Below, in pieces: positions 50,226 to 63,742 of a stretch of DNA of 64,000 nt; within the stretch, counting starts at the first letter, position 1; every line of letters starts with the position of its first letter. The position numbers and the translations under genes were made by a program. The notes under the pieces were generated by a model, which worked only from the letters and a program-made list of their open reading frames with translations, did no database searches and had not been told where the DNA came from. The DNA is from Klebsormidium nitens (taxonomy: Eukaryota; Plantae; Klebsormidiophyceae), in assembly GCA_000708835.1 (NCBI GenBank), contig DF237413.1:1-64000 (forward strand), read 5' to 3'.

Positions 50226-53200
50226 CTAGAGGCTCTTGAACAAGTCCTTTGCGGCAGCAATCGTGGCATCGACGTCCGCTTCCGTGTGCGCCAGCGACGT
50301 GAAGCCGGCCTCGTATTGTGAGGGCGCGAAGTAGTGTCCCCTCTCGAGCATGCCCCGGTGGAACTTGGCAAACTTTGCGGTGTCGCTCTTCTTGGCGTCC
50401 TGGAAGTTGTTGACCGGGCCCTTGCAGAAGAAGAAGCCGAACATGCCCGAAATGTGGCCCCCGCAAATGTCGTGACCCGCCTCCCGGGCCGCGTCCAGCA
50501 GCCCGTTGATCAACCGGCCCGTGATCCTGCAAAAGAAAGGAACGGTCGGTGATCAGGCAATTTTCGGAGTGATATGAAGTGGAGAACACTCGACGCAGTC
50601 GTTACTGAGAGGCTCTGTTTGATTCTGATTGCATCTCATCGGAGCCTTGGCCGGGTAGCGCTGCTTAGGCAACCAGACCAACTACCACAACGCCAAAATC
50701 TCAACCCCGCTTGAAGCTTGCCTTGGCAAGCAGGACAACGACCAGAACCGATTGCTGGCCCATGGACTCGAAAGACTGATCGCTTTTTCGAGGTCTGTCT
50801 GGCACACGCCCACGAGAACCACTACTCTTCCGCATTTGTCATCCCCACCTCACAGCAGCATACACCGGCAACATCAACCCCTACTCCCAATCCAAATATG
50901 CTGCTTGCTTTTCTTCAGGGCAGCTTCCGAACAACGACTCCTAACCCGTTCCTCGTCCTGCCTATTGGCCAGGTCGGCCTTCCTTGCCCCAGCCCCGCCT
51001 GAGCCTCACCTGTCTAGCTGCTCATAGCTGCCCGGCCGTTGCAACCGCTCGAGCGTCTTGATCCCCGAGATCATGGCGAGCGGGTTGCCGCTGAGCGTGC
51101 CCGCCTGGTACATGGGCCCCGCGGGCGCCACCATCTCCATGATCTCCCGCCGCCCGCCGTACGCGCCCACCGGCAGCCCGCCGCCGATGACCTTGCCCAT
51201 CGTCGTCAGGTCGGGGGTGATGCCGAAGTGCTCCTGCGGAAAACAAGGGGAACGTCGCTGTGAGACGCGTCTTTTGAAACCTAGGAGAAAGACACGAGAG
51301 TGGCTTGAGAATATTGTTATTGGTTTTGTTAGTGAGGTGGGTCGCCCAGGTCGGACGCCATGCTGAGAGGCTGACGGTTACCGCGGCTTTCCGCCGCCGG
51401 AGTGGATGCGTTGGACTGCAAACCAAATGTGTTTTTTGCCATCCTCGGTGTCATACTAGCCAGCGCGCGGTGCCTGTTTCCGGCAGACATCCTGATGCGC
51501 AGGGCTCGCAACGTTTCTCGTGACGTGCTTTCATGATTGGATGCGACCACTTGTCCTCAAGATTCCCAGCGTCAAAGAGCCAGCACGAACCTCCACTATC
51601 CTGATGCCAGCTCAGTCCTGGTCTTGCGAAAAGGAGAACCCCACGAAACAATGTGATATGTGCTCTGTCGAGACCAGAGTGCTCGAAGGTAGGTGCCACC
51701 CGTAACTGCTTGTTTCCTGAAAACTGCTACCTTAGGAAACGCAACAAAGCAGATTGCAGCGAAAATCGCAACCCATTCCAACTTGCGGTTCGGCTTGTGG
51801 GCACCAGTTACGGCCCCCCTACACCAACTCCGAGTGGAATTTTTGATTCCGCACCGCTAGCGCGTAAAAGCTGTTTCGGCGTCACCTCCCCGAGGGCGTG
51901 CTGACTAGTTGCGCATCCCTGAGCTTGCGGCCCTCACCTGCGCCCCCCCGTAGGCTATCCTGAAGCCGGTCATGACCTCGTCGAACACGAGCAGCGCGCC
52001 GTCCTCCTTCGTCAGCTCCCGCAGCCCCTCCAGGAACTCCTTGTCCGGGATGATGAACCCTGCAACACATTATTGGCGTGAGAGGGCGGAGAAATACACC
52101 CTGCAACTTATCCACATGAACCGCCACAGCGAGCGGAGATTTTCCGAGAGCTCTGACGGCAACATAAAATTGTCCGCTCAAGAAGGCAGGAATGGCAGAA
52201 AAGGACTGCACAGCAACCGGACTCGGCCTTGAAGCTCGCCCAGCTACATGCTAACTACTTCTGTCTCAAACCTGGTTGCCTATGACAGTTCCGTCGACTG
52301 TCTCTTCCAAGCTCACAATCAGGAGTAAGCTATGGCAAACTCATTTAGAGGACAGTGTGTCTGATGGTTTCATGCTTGGCTTGACTGCTGATCCAGGAGG
52401 GCTAGGTGAACTTCTGAGAGTCAGGTTCGCTGATGTTGTGGCCAGTGCCTTACAACTGAGACAGCACCGACAATGATGTGTGCTTTCGTTGCCTCTAACC
52501 AGGGGATAAAGTCTGACAGGGTGAAGAGGGGGTAAAATCAGATAATGTCACGTCAAGCCTTCACACAATCAGACTACTCGTTGTCACCTGCCACCCCCTA
52601 TCAGAACCTTGATTCAATCAGAACCTCAGCATAGGCTGGGAGCAGCGGAGCTGATTCCCCAGTCAGTCCTCCACGAGCGGACCCAGATCTTGTACGACTA
52701 GAGGCGCCCACCAACCAGTCGCCACAGGACCCTTCTAACCCCCACCACGGGCAAGTGCCTTGACCGCTCTATTCTGAGTTCCAGGCTCAGCAGAGCAGCC
52801 CAAAAAGTGTCTGGTCAGTGGACTCGATAAGACAACTGTCTGCGGAACAGTCGCCTGATAATCCACAATTGAATCAGCCTAATAACAGTCTCGGGCAGAA
52901 CATGGAACTTTGCGGGTGCGGTGCGTTCCTGACCTGAGTTGCCCACCACTGGCTCCAGCACCACCGCCGCGATCTCGCCCTTGTGCTGGCGGAAGATCTC
53001 GCGCACACTCTCCAGGTCGTTGTACTGTGCTACCAGCGTGGCTGCCGTTGCGGCCTTGGGCACACCGGGGGAGTCGGGCAGGCCCAAAGTGGCGACACCG
53101 CTGCCGGCTTGCACCAGGAACGAGTCTGCACAACACCAGGGCCAGGAACTTTGGAGCTGTCCAGGAAAGAAAGTAGTAAGAGAACTCGTAGTTGCAGGAA

Positions 53201-56200
53201 GAAGGTCAAGAGGGTAGGAGCCCTGTAAAAGCCTATGAGTGAACTGTGATCTCAGCCGCGTTGCGGAGGTTGACCCACTCATGGGCCAGCATAGACCAGC
53301 GACACGTTTCGCCTGATGCAATTGGCTTCCTGTTTGGGTTCTGGTGGACGCGCCTGGTGGCGATTCCAACGCTTAGTTGCCAAATCCTCATGAGACGATT
53401 CTTCCGTGCAAGTGCTCTACTCTGAGGTATAGAAGCAGCGGCCAGCACTGCTGGTCCAAGAAGCTTGTGTCATCAGAAGCGGAAGATCCAGACTTTTATG
53501 AGACTACCGAGGATGGCCTCCCTGAGCTTCCCTCTCGCAGCTTCGCTCAGTGATGATTAGCTGCCTTCATGCTGGCCTCTTCTGCTATTTGAAAAATTCA
53601 CTTGCCCGACTTCTGACATTCGGATGCGGCCCACAGTAGGTGGTGATGTCAAGACCCTGAAGTTGGCCTGCTCCATTCACCGACAGCTAAGCGTGCGGTG
53701 CATATGTAGATTGTGTTCTGAAACAGTGTGAAAATTTGTCACAGGCTGACTAAGCTGCAGCCCTTGCCCACCTTACAATTACTGACCTCACCATCACTGA
53801 CATCGTCACCACACAATTGACCTGGCAACCAGGACAAGCAGAGAAACTCTATTTGTACAATGATTCTCTCTGCAATCTGGGCAAGTCAGTGCAGAGCGGC
53901 TTGACTCATACCGTTGCACCAAGCACACGGGTTGTATTCGCTTCAATGCCTCGTGAAACTCTCAAACTGTGCTCAACGGAGTGTCATTCTCGTATTAGAA
54001 ACCGTGGAGCTTGTGACTGACCTGCGTGGCCGTGGTAGCAGCCCTCGAACTTGAGGACCTTCTCGCGGTCGGTGAAGGCGCGTGCGAGGCGCAGCATGCC
54101 CATGCACGCCTCGGTGCCGCTGTTGACAAAGCGCACCATCTCCACGCTGGGCACCGCGTCAATCACCATCTGCGCCAGCACGTTCTCCAGAGCGCACGGC
54201 GCACCAAAGCTGGTGCCCTTCTGCAGCTGCTCCGTCAGCGCAGCAATCACCTGGGCGGAAGGAAAAAAGGCTCAACGGCTTTAGTTTTTGGGCTGATTGA
54301 GCATCGGCTGTAGGAAAAGTTGCGAAAGGTGCGAAAAGTGGCTTTCTCTGATATTGCAAGAATTTGTAAGAAGTCGCACTGAACTTGGATAGAATTACAT
54401 CATGGAGTGCAGATGAGGGAGGCGTGCAGCCAGCTGATGACAAAGTGCAGGTCGACCGAACAACAGTAAGTAAGAACTATATAGCCCCAAGATAGTTTTC
54501 TTCGCTTCTTGTGAGGAAAAGAGCACAAGCCTTTTCTAGAAATTTTCAGAACTGCAGAGAGTCCTGTGGGTTTGGACACATTGTTCTGTGAAAAGCCCTG
54601 GCCTTGAAAAGTGGTGGTGTGGGTTCAAAGAGGGTTTACTTGGTTCTTAAGCTGGTTTGGATCCAAGCCAAACAGGCAGAGCGCCAGCAAAATTGAGGGA
54701 AGGGGTGAACTTTGTTGGAGCAAGTGCCAGCATTGTGTGCAGCATTGTGCCCAATGGAACCCCGAAAAATGTCCCCAAGCAAATATGTCCCTGACCCCGA
54801 GAACTTGGCAAAAAGATGTTTTCAAGCCAGGAGAGAATGATTGGTTACCCCTTGAGAATGGACAACCTCAATTACTAAGAAGTAAAAAGGAAGTGTTTCT
54901 TTGCAGAATCTCACTACAGTAACAAATTAACATTGCTCTTTTCCAATTCTCCCAAACACGGAATTCAAATTGACTGGGCCCAAAGCGAACAAAGGCAGAT
55001 CAGTCTGAGATTGGTGCATACTAAAAACAAGCAAAGAAAAGAGGGGACTCAAAAATGTGATGCTGACTTTGTTCCGACAATTAGCAACAGCATCATAAAC
55101 CCTAATGCTGACTCAGTGGCGCCGGCTCACAGCTTCTCACCTCGTCGTCTGCGTGGCCAATAATGGCCGGCCCCCAAGAGCCCACATAGTCCACGTACTC
55201 GTTGCCGTCCACGTCCCACGAGTGAGACCCCTTGACACGGTCAAACACAATGGGCTGGCCCCCAACGGACTTGAACGCGCGCACCGGGGAGTTGACGCCA
55301 CCGGGCAACAGCTCCTGAGATCAAAAGGACACAAGAGCAATGCTGAGCAGGATTTTTTCGCATGACAAGAGACCGTCAGAATTCTCCCAGCCATCGCTTA
55401 TGGGCCTTGTGCATCATTAGAACCCCTTTAGAAAAGGAGCGGACAAGGGCAGCAATTTTGCTACCTTCTAGGCATCATAGAAATCGGGTTGCGGCACTTC
55501 GCACATCCAGTTGTTTGCACCTAAGATTCCAGGGGGTCACAGGTAATGGTAGATGCAACCACACGACGCTGCTTCGAGATTCTCTGCCCAGGTAACCCTA
55601 ACATGGTGCCGACAAGGGACGAGTCTGTGTCCCCTGTGTCTATGCAGGGCACCAATTGGCCCTGATTGCATTAACCTCGGAAAACATTTTGGGTCAGTCT
55701 AACGTTGGGATTGCACCTCAGTTTTGGCAAGTGTCAGGATACTATCACAACATCGAGCTTGTTACAAGCTGTGGTTCGCTCTCCTGCATTGGTGCCACAA
55801 TCTAATGATGAGGTTGGCAGCTTGCCATGTCAAAGTCAGACATTGCTAGCTGCTTACAGTTGGTAAACGAACCCGGGTGATTGGGCTAGCTTTACATTCT
55901 CAAACATCATGTCTGACGCCACTCGATATTTCTCTGTTAATGCTGCCAAAGTAACTAACAAAAGCTCCCTGGAAATCAGCAAGACAGGTGTGTCCACATC
56001 ACATCACCAATTGCTCCTGCTTTTCCTGTGAGACTTGTACCGCTACTTAAGCTTGGGAATTCACACCAAAACCCTTACGACTCGCACAGATTCCAGACGC
56101 CACTGCATTTCAAAGACGCCGTCCTCGAAATAATGCCAGAGATGCCTTGCCCCGGAAAAACATATGATTACCTTGGCGGCCTTGAAGATCTCATCCGACT

Positions 56201-56411
56201 TAGTGGTGCTGTAAACCTGCCTCTCTGTGGCCACCGCCATGGAGAACCTGCTGGCGCTTCTCTTTGAAACAAGTCCCTCAATGCTAGCAATTCTGCTGCT
56301 GCTTGTGGGGAGAGCGACAAACGGCTGCACGGTCGACTTCTGGGAGCACTGTGAGGCTCCAAGGAGAGAGGTGCTGGTGCAGCCACGCAGGGCGAGGGTG
56401 CTGGAGGCCAT
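50226..56411 (-). CDS. GSA: Glutamate-1-semialdehyde 2,1-aminomutase, chloroplast precursor (tetrapyrrole/ALA synthesis). Exons 56411-56172, 55314-55141, 54250-54022, 53125-52934, 52059-51938, 51233-51010, 50526-50226 (493 aa)
   Basis: Signature segments [89 protein letters not shown] (PLP lysine) and [13 protein letters not shown]. Ser/Ala/Thr-rich transit peptide. All phases are consistent. Confidence 0.97.
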
Positions 56412-57424
56412 GCCGAGGGGCAAACTTGGTGCAGAGAAAAACAAAAACCCACTTCCCAGGAAAAGGCGATGATGTTGCTTTGCTTCCTCTTATCTGCGCC
56501 CTGTTGCTAAGAAGGGAACAAAGAAATTTCTTCCAACTTCGAACCAACAATTTGCCGAAGGCTTCAGCAGGGACGACTCGGGCTTCTGATTCAAAGTTTG
56601 AGAGCGCTAGCTTTGGAAGCGCCTGCGATATCCAAATCTTGGACAGCCAATCAAAAGCCAGATTCCGTGCACTTTTGCTAAAGCATCGGACGGCGAAGCT
56701 GTCTCTCGAAGTAAAAGCAGTCGGCGATCGAGGGCTTTGCAAGCTTAGTGACATCGTATCAGTGCTAACCGTCCGATGCAGGGCTCCCCTTACCCATGTT
56801 CACGTATGCACTGGGGGAATCATGCGTTCTAGAGCTATAGCTGATTGCTGCAACATGCATATACCCAGTGTATTGCCAGCGCATGATCGACTATAAGTAT
56901 AGTGATCGACTTGATGTACTGTGTAGCTAGGCAAAAGTTCCGGACTTAAGTTGCACATGATCTTCTCACATGCACGCCACCTACTTCATGTTCCCGGCCG
57001 CGTGCGTGTTCCACAACTATATTTCATTGTCAATCATATTAGCTCCCCGTTGCATGATGAATCATGTTAATAACATGCATACTGATATAAGTATCCAAGG
57101 CCTGGCGGCGTCCCCGTGTCGGACAATTCGATTATGCGATGTACATCTGAAAAAATTGAACTTCATACGTTGGAGTGGTGATGCAAATCCCATCGTGCGA
57201 GTTGACTAAACTGCCCGGGCCTGCCAGCCTTGGCAGGGGATCTGAGATCCAAACATGTATGTTACAAACCTAGCTCTGGCTAGCTTGTTGCCATCCTGCC
57301 GCTTGTCATACGAGAGTATAACAGCGCCAGCTCCTATGATGCGCATCAATCAGCTACTAACGGGTTAACTAGCCAGCAGCAAAGGTTTGACTTACTAACG
57401 TAAATATTAAACTGTTTTAGAAGC

Positions 57425-59881
57425 TCAAAATCTATGCGACCTAACATATAAGTGAGTCGCGGAGATGACTCCGACCGAAACTGCCCCTGCTAAGGCCGTC
57501 CAGCCGAGAAGACTCGCGCTTGGTAGACTCGGAACGAAAGATACTATCTTCGCTTGAGCTTTCGTCTGGAGCATGTCTTCCAGCTTCCCTAATCGCACGT
57601 CTAGGCTTGCGAGCTTTGCGTCGGTTGCATCAGCGACGCACCTAAGGGACCTAAGCTCCTTCAACAGGGTCTTTAAGTACCAAGCGTCCGAGTCCTCACC
57701 CACAATCTCGTTGTCGGAGAAGGCATCGTCTGGGAAGGACTCTTCCGTAACATCGAAGTACTCCTCCGAGTCGCTGCTATCGCCAAACATGCCCACTTTC
57801 TCGCGGCATATGACATTTAGCATGTGCAGCCACTCCACAAAGGTCTTCTTCGCTTGCTCCCCCATGAAGTTTTCCATCATGGCTGTAAACGACAGCGAAG
57901 GCAGCAGGTTAGAGAAGGGGAGGCCTCTTCCCGGAGTTCGGAATGCCAAACGATCGACATCTAAAGTTGGCCCGAAAGAAACATTGGTGCTACGATGCGG
58001 AGAGGCCGCCTTTGTAAACGATGACTTACCACTTCTCACTTGTAATTTTGACTTATTCACATCGAGCTTGCAGCATGAGAGAAGATCACCAGAGTTAACC
58101 CAAGTACTAGTTTGCTTACTGCTGTAAGGATTCTTCTTTCAATCGATGCTCCTGTTATCGTCCAAGAATGTGCGGACAGGAGTGGGAATAAGGGCCAAAC
58201 CTATTTGTGCGGGTATCACGTTGACCGGGGCTACCCGCAGACAGCCCCAGTCGCACCAAAGAATTTCATCAATTGAAACCTTTTCGTTGCTTCGCCTAAT
58301 ACACCTTGCGCTTCTTGTTCATACATATGATGAAACGGTCCTCAACGAAGAACGGACCGAGTTTTGGAATTGAAGGCGACTCAAAGAAGGGCAAACGTAC
58401 GCGTTCATACAGCACATCCATTTTCAATTCAAGGGACCACCAACTCCGAGGTGAAGCCGACATTTCGAAATCGAGTCATTACGTGGTCAGGCGGTGTGCT
58501 TACATCCGAGCGGCCAGAGCGCGCACTCCATTCGTGCCACCATGATGATGGCCGTCCCCGGTGTGTCCCCGCCCGCCGGCCGCAGCTCCACTTGGCCCCC
58601 CGTCTTGAAGCGGTCCCCCCCCGGGAGGTCCAGCCGCGGCACTGACTCTACGATGTACAGCTCCTTTGTCTTGTGCGTGATGGCCTGCTCCTCGCGCACC
58701 CGCAGCGTGTCTGCGCCTGCGACAGCAAGGGTATGACTGATATCCAATCGTCTGTCAAATTGCCTGTATCGACATCAAAGGTCTCCCTTCAATTTGAATC
58801 TTAAGTCTGTCTTCTTCTGAGCAAATCCCTACGAGAAGTTCCGTCCAAATTCTTCTAGCCTTCCAACAGACGTCAAGCCCTCCGCGAAACTTGGCTTGAA
58901 CGGTTGCTCCCACAATCAGCAAGATGGATCCTGGTGTAGTGCACCGACATATCCGCACCGATATTCAAGGGTCAACATGTGGTGTCCGCACACCTTGTTC
59001 ATCTGAGAAGTTGCTGAAAACAACTGCGTCAGCCCATCTAGCACATCAACAAGAACTGTGGTCCAACCCAACCATCATGGCAAGAGCATCAACAACCAGA
59101 ACGCTGATGTGGAGATTTCGAGATGTTCGGACGCACAGTAGTCACATCAAAAGAGACACCAGCGTATGCTCTATCAGTGCCACTTGGCGGTCTCCGCAGC
59201 AGTTCTCACCAACACACTTTGCGACAATGGCGGGGGCGTTGACGGGCGTCTGGAAGGTGACCACCCTCGTATCATCCTCACTCCAGTTGGTCGCCCGGGC
59301 ATCAGCATCCCCATTCACCTCAGTGTGATACCTGAGTGGCAGAAAGCAGGGTCAACAACTCTGCTCAAAGGCACCTCTCCTTTTCACAAGCTCTGGTCTC
59401 CTTGCGCAGAGTAGAAACTTCTTCGCAATTGGTGAGATGTTGGCTCAGCTGCTGGGGCCCCTTCCTATCTGGCTGAGGCCAAAAAGCTTCTCAAACATGT
59501 TGACCCCATGCTCAACAACGCACCCGTTAAGATTTGAAGTCATGCAAGCAATGGTATTATCTGCTCATTTCATGCAACATAACAATGGGAAATACGAGCC
59601 ATGCTAAAAGAACAGGCGAAGCAAATTTGAGCTTACCGAGTAAGGAAGTCTTTGTCGAAGTACAATATCTGAAACACCACCTGCACAGCGTCCAGGATGG
59701 GAGTTGAGAGGTAACACTAACAGTAGCGTTAAGCATGATGGATGACTGATCTAGTGCCCATTTCAATTTGCTGCATGATCTTGTGTAAGAAAAGGCCCCA
59801 AAGCCAGTGACTCGTCTCTAAGGCAACGCTCACCTCTGGCGGGACGCCGCTGATCTCAGCGGTGAACGTGAGCTCCTTCAT
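57425..59881 (-). CDS. VASt/StARkin-like lipid (sterol)-transfer domain protein with coiled coil and C-terminal membrane anchor. Exons 59881-59834, 59680-59637, 59331-59210, 58716-58504, 57882-57425 (294 aa)
   Basis: Phase-consistent splicing gives MKELTFTAEISGVPPE-VVFQILYFDKDFLTR-YHTEVNGDADARATNW...RVVTFQTPV...ELYIVESVPRLDLPGGDRFK...LWPLGSMMENFMGEQAKKTFVEWL, matching my recollection of the VASt pattern. The C-terminus LLGWTALAGAVSVGVISATHLYV is hydrophobic. An in-frame TAA 11 codons upstream supports the ATG. Confidence 0.7.
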
Positions 59882-61011
59882 GGCAGGAAGGCGCTTTACG
59901 AAAGGGGTTTCTTAAAGAATTGTCCGAGCTGTGCAGCTATTGTTCCTTCCGTGTGTCCTGCCCTCTAGCATTTAACACAATTGCCTCAATCGCAGCGGCT
60001 ACTTCTGTAAACGTCCCACATCTCGCATGCCCTTTGAAAGCGAAAAGACGAGACAGACCACAACCTAAAAGGGCTCTGCCAGCCCTCTATTTCATATGCT
60101 GGGTGCTGCTCTGCGCTACCACGTTGAACTTGTAGTACAGCGGCCAGCCGCAATGGCGGCCAGACAGGAAAGGCCCTCCTGAGTCCTGCTCTTGTTTCGT
60201 TCCTGGAGTTTTGCTTGACCGCAAACCCTAAATTTGTCGACATCGGAACAGGGCCTTTATTTCGACTTCGATACAATTGTCGAAAGCGACGTAGGGAGAT
60301 AGGGCGGAGCAGCTGCACGATACGAAAGGTGGAAATCTTTGATCAACAGAGGGGAAGGATGCCTGATGGTCGGATGACATCCGCTATATGGGAACATTCA
60401 CTAGCTGTTTGTTACAGGTGAATCGTGATTCAGAAGGTGCTTCCACAATCCAAATTGCCAGCACTGTTCATGACGTCCCCATGCATGGCCGCCAGCAACA
60501 GATGGTGAAGTGCGACGTGCATGTAAAATTGTGCGGCATCTTTGGGCGCCTGTTGACTCTCTCGCCTTCTGCTTCTCCTTAGAGATCTGGAAGCACCCAG
60601 TGAACATTAAGCCAGGGGATGGCAGCAGCGCTGGGTGGCCATACGTGCGTCCAAGCGAACCGCTGGAAAGTTTGCTTCAAAGTGCATTTATGCTCTGAGT
60701 CTTAGGTTGCGGAAGGAACGTAGAGAGGTTTGTGCACTTGTCTACACCCTCGCAGCATTATGCGACATTGGTCTACGAGGGTTTGTCATTTCTTGGATTG
60801 CACACATCGGGGTGCTCATATACTGTTCGTTGGCAAGTACCATATGCATAGGCCTAAGGTTGACTCCTTATCGGGCGGCTGAACCGGTTGTTGGAAGCAA
60901 TCTGTTTGAGAAAGGAGGACACGTGAGCTTTAGGAAGGCCCTCTCTGTTGGCCCACATTCAGCCAGATCCTGCTGCCCAGCAACGTGGATTCCAGGCGGC
61001 CTGATTGCGCA

Positions 61012-63742
61012 ATGGCCACCTCTACTTTCTCCTGCCCGGACCTGACTGACACACAAAGTGTAAATCTGGAGGCCATGAGAAGCAAGCTGGCAACCCGTGA
61101 GTCCCATGCTTGTGCAGACAACTTGCAGTCCTTTCCTTCCCTCTTGTCAAAGGGACAGCGGCCACAAATGCTCCATGTGGTGATGCTTAGCAGGTGCTCC
61201 TAGGGTGTAACTCAAGTAGTGGCAATAATTTGTCGTTGGGTCATTTAAATGGCTTGCGGGATTCTGATAAGGCTGGAGGAATCAAACAATCCTGCAACTC
61301 CCTCTTTGGCCCACATTTGTTGGTCAATTCTTTAGGACCGGTTCAGTTGATGGGGCTGCATGGCATTTGGGTGGCGTCAAACCCCCTGCACGGCTGCTGT
61401 CGATGATCATTATGCAACTGGGTGGGGCAAGTGCTGAAAAGGGGGTGGGTAAACCCTTAAAAACACAGCACCCTGTGGGGAAAGATTCTCAATAATCATC
61501 GTTGAGCCAAACCTTAATGACATCTAATCTTCTTCTTTGCAGTTGATGAGGCCTTTCAAGCATCTTTTGAGGTGGGTTTTCCTTCCATCACCTGCCTTGG
61601 GATGGCTTCAATGACCTCAGTCCACCGATGGCCCCGTTTTTGGCCCATCCAATTAAGCTCCAGTTGGCAACGTGCCCAGCTTGGATAGCAGCATTCCAAT
61701 GTGTGAATTCTTGAAGCACGTCACTAGAGTGGGCCCCTTGCTGTCACTTGAGGCTCCTCTTTCTGTCCTTACTCTAGCGCCGTCCCTGTGGCAGGTCCTT
61801 GCGCAGGGCGAGCCTGACAGGAGCCTGATGCGCTTCTTGTGGGCCAGGGAATGGCACGTGGACAAGGCATTCAGCATGGTGAACACCACAGCCCAGCCTC
61901 CCTGTTAGCTTCCTGACAATGGACAGTCGTGCTCTGCTTCTTGAAAGATTGTGTATCACTCCAGCGTTGACTTCCAAGTAGACGAGGGAGCTCTGATGGA
62001 CGAACTCCTTGCTGTTCTCAGACCATTCATGTCGACCTGTACTGCCCCTTGAAAGGAGAGTTGAACCCACTTACCTCTTTTCAAGTCTATCCGAGGCACT
62101 TGCGATAATCTTGCCCTCCTTGCACCATTGCATTTGACTTGCAGCTTAGCAAACTACTCTGTCTTGCCACCCTAACTAAAGGACCATAATGTATTTTACA
62201 GTTGGTAGACTGTCTCAAGTGGCGACGAAAGTATGGCACCGACACAATTCTTCAGGTGAAGCTTGGTACCAGATTGCAATGGGCGTTTTCTTGTGTCAAG
62301 TATACGGACAAACCCTGCGCAGACTTGGCTTGTTGACGTGCCTACAAGGGCGAGTGTCTTTGTTGGGGCTAGAAGCCTCAAACTGTGAGCTCACATGCCT
62401 TCACATGTCTTTGCTAACTTTGAAATCTTGAGTACATTCCCACAAAGGTTCCTTCTGCCTTTCATACATCCAAGGCAAGGAGGCGGCCTTCCGAAGGATT
62501 CCCCTGATGAGCCTTCGGCTTTTTGCAGAGGCCCCTGGAAGAAGCGAAAATGCGCGCCATTCGAAATGGTTTTCACGTGGGAATGTCCGGCTATGATAAG
62601 CAGGTGCGTCCCGTTCCAGAGCTGCGGGCACAGGTGTTTATGGAAAGCTCGACTCTTTTCCCATGTGAAGAAGATTGAGCTTGCTGAGCTTTCATCTCCG
62701 TTTTCAAGCCATTTGCTGGACCTGTCTGTGCAGGGCCATCCGGTGATCTTTGTCAAAGTAGGACCCAGCAAGTGCGGGGGAGCCACGGTGAGTCATACCT
62801 CGACACTGCTCGCTGGGATCGGACCTTGCACTCTTAAGCCGCAGTAAGGGCTTTATTGTGCCTCAAGGATAGCCGCCTCCGTGATGACTCTGGCTGTACC
62901 CTATGTTTACGTTATGCTGCTCCTGCTTCGCTGAAGGCAGGTTGTCTGTGTGCAGGTGGACGACTATGTCAAGGCACACGTGCAGTTCAGCGAGTGGCGG
63001 GACCGTGTGTTGTGTGTAAGTCGCACACTGCCTTACTGAATCCTCTGTCATCAGATCTCAATGCAGAGCAGATGAAGCGTTCTTGACTTCTCTTGGCTGT
63101 CACATCGAGTTGGCTGCCCCGCGCAGCAGTCCGAGGTTGCAACTGCTGAAGTTCCAACAAGGGCATGCTTGAGCCGCAAACGACATTCTTGGAACGCGCA
63201 TGTCACGTGCATCTGTCTCTGGAGAGAGCCTCTACTTTCCTCACGCCTTCACCTCGCCTTACGGCCGGTCCATTGTTGCACGTCGAGAGGTCCCAAATCT
63301 CATTCTCTCTCCCCTCGTTTCCTGGTGCCATGGTCGAGACGTTTGCGTTGACGCCCGTGCGCGTGTGCTGCTTGCGCAGGCGGAGGCGAGCAAGCGGTGT
63401 GGGCGGCCCATCACGACCACGACGCGCATCCTGGACTGCACCGGCCTTACGCTGGGCCACCTCGCCAACCTCAACGTCAGCGCTTTCTCCCGTCGCACCT
63501 TGTCTCATCTCTTTCTGTCTTGCTGGAGTGCAGTGCTTGTCGATATAGAGTGCGGCTTCACCGAGACAGCCGTCAGTTGAGTACTTCGTTGCAGCTGGTG
63601 CAGTCGTGTCGTTTTTTATTCGGTCATGTGCGGTGTGCAGCTGCTGAACGCGATGTCCAAGATTGACGAGTTCAACTACCCGGAGAAGGCCAACGCGTAC
63701 TACTTGGTCAATGTGCCGTACGTCTTCACGGCCATCTGGAAG
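61012..63742 (+). CDS. SEC14/CRAL-TRIO phospholipid-transfer protein, 3'-partial. Exons ?-61096, 61543-61571, 61795-61878, 62202-62255, 62529-62603, 62734-62787, 62956-63015, 63380-63475, 63641-63742; continues beyond the window
   Basis: LMRFLWAREWHVDKAFSM-LVDCLKWR (CRAL-TRIO N), GMSGYDKQ-GHPV, YVKAHVQFSEWRDRV, TTRILDCTGL and IDEFNYPEKANAYYLVNVPYVFTAIWK are SEC14 hallmarks. Junctions are phase-consistent. The start codon (61012 or 61075) is uncertain. Confidence 0.9.
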
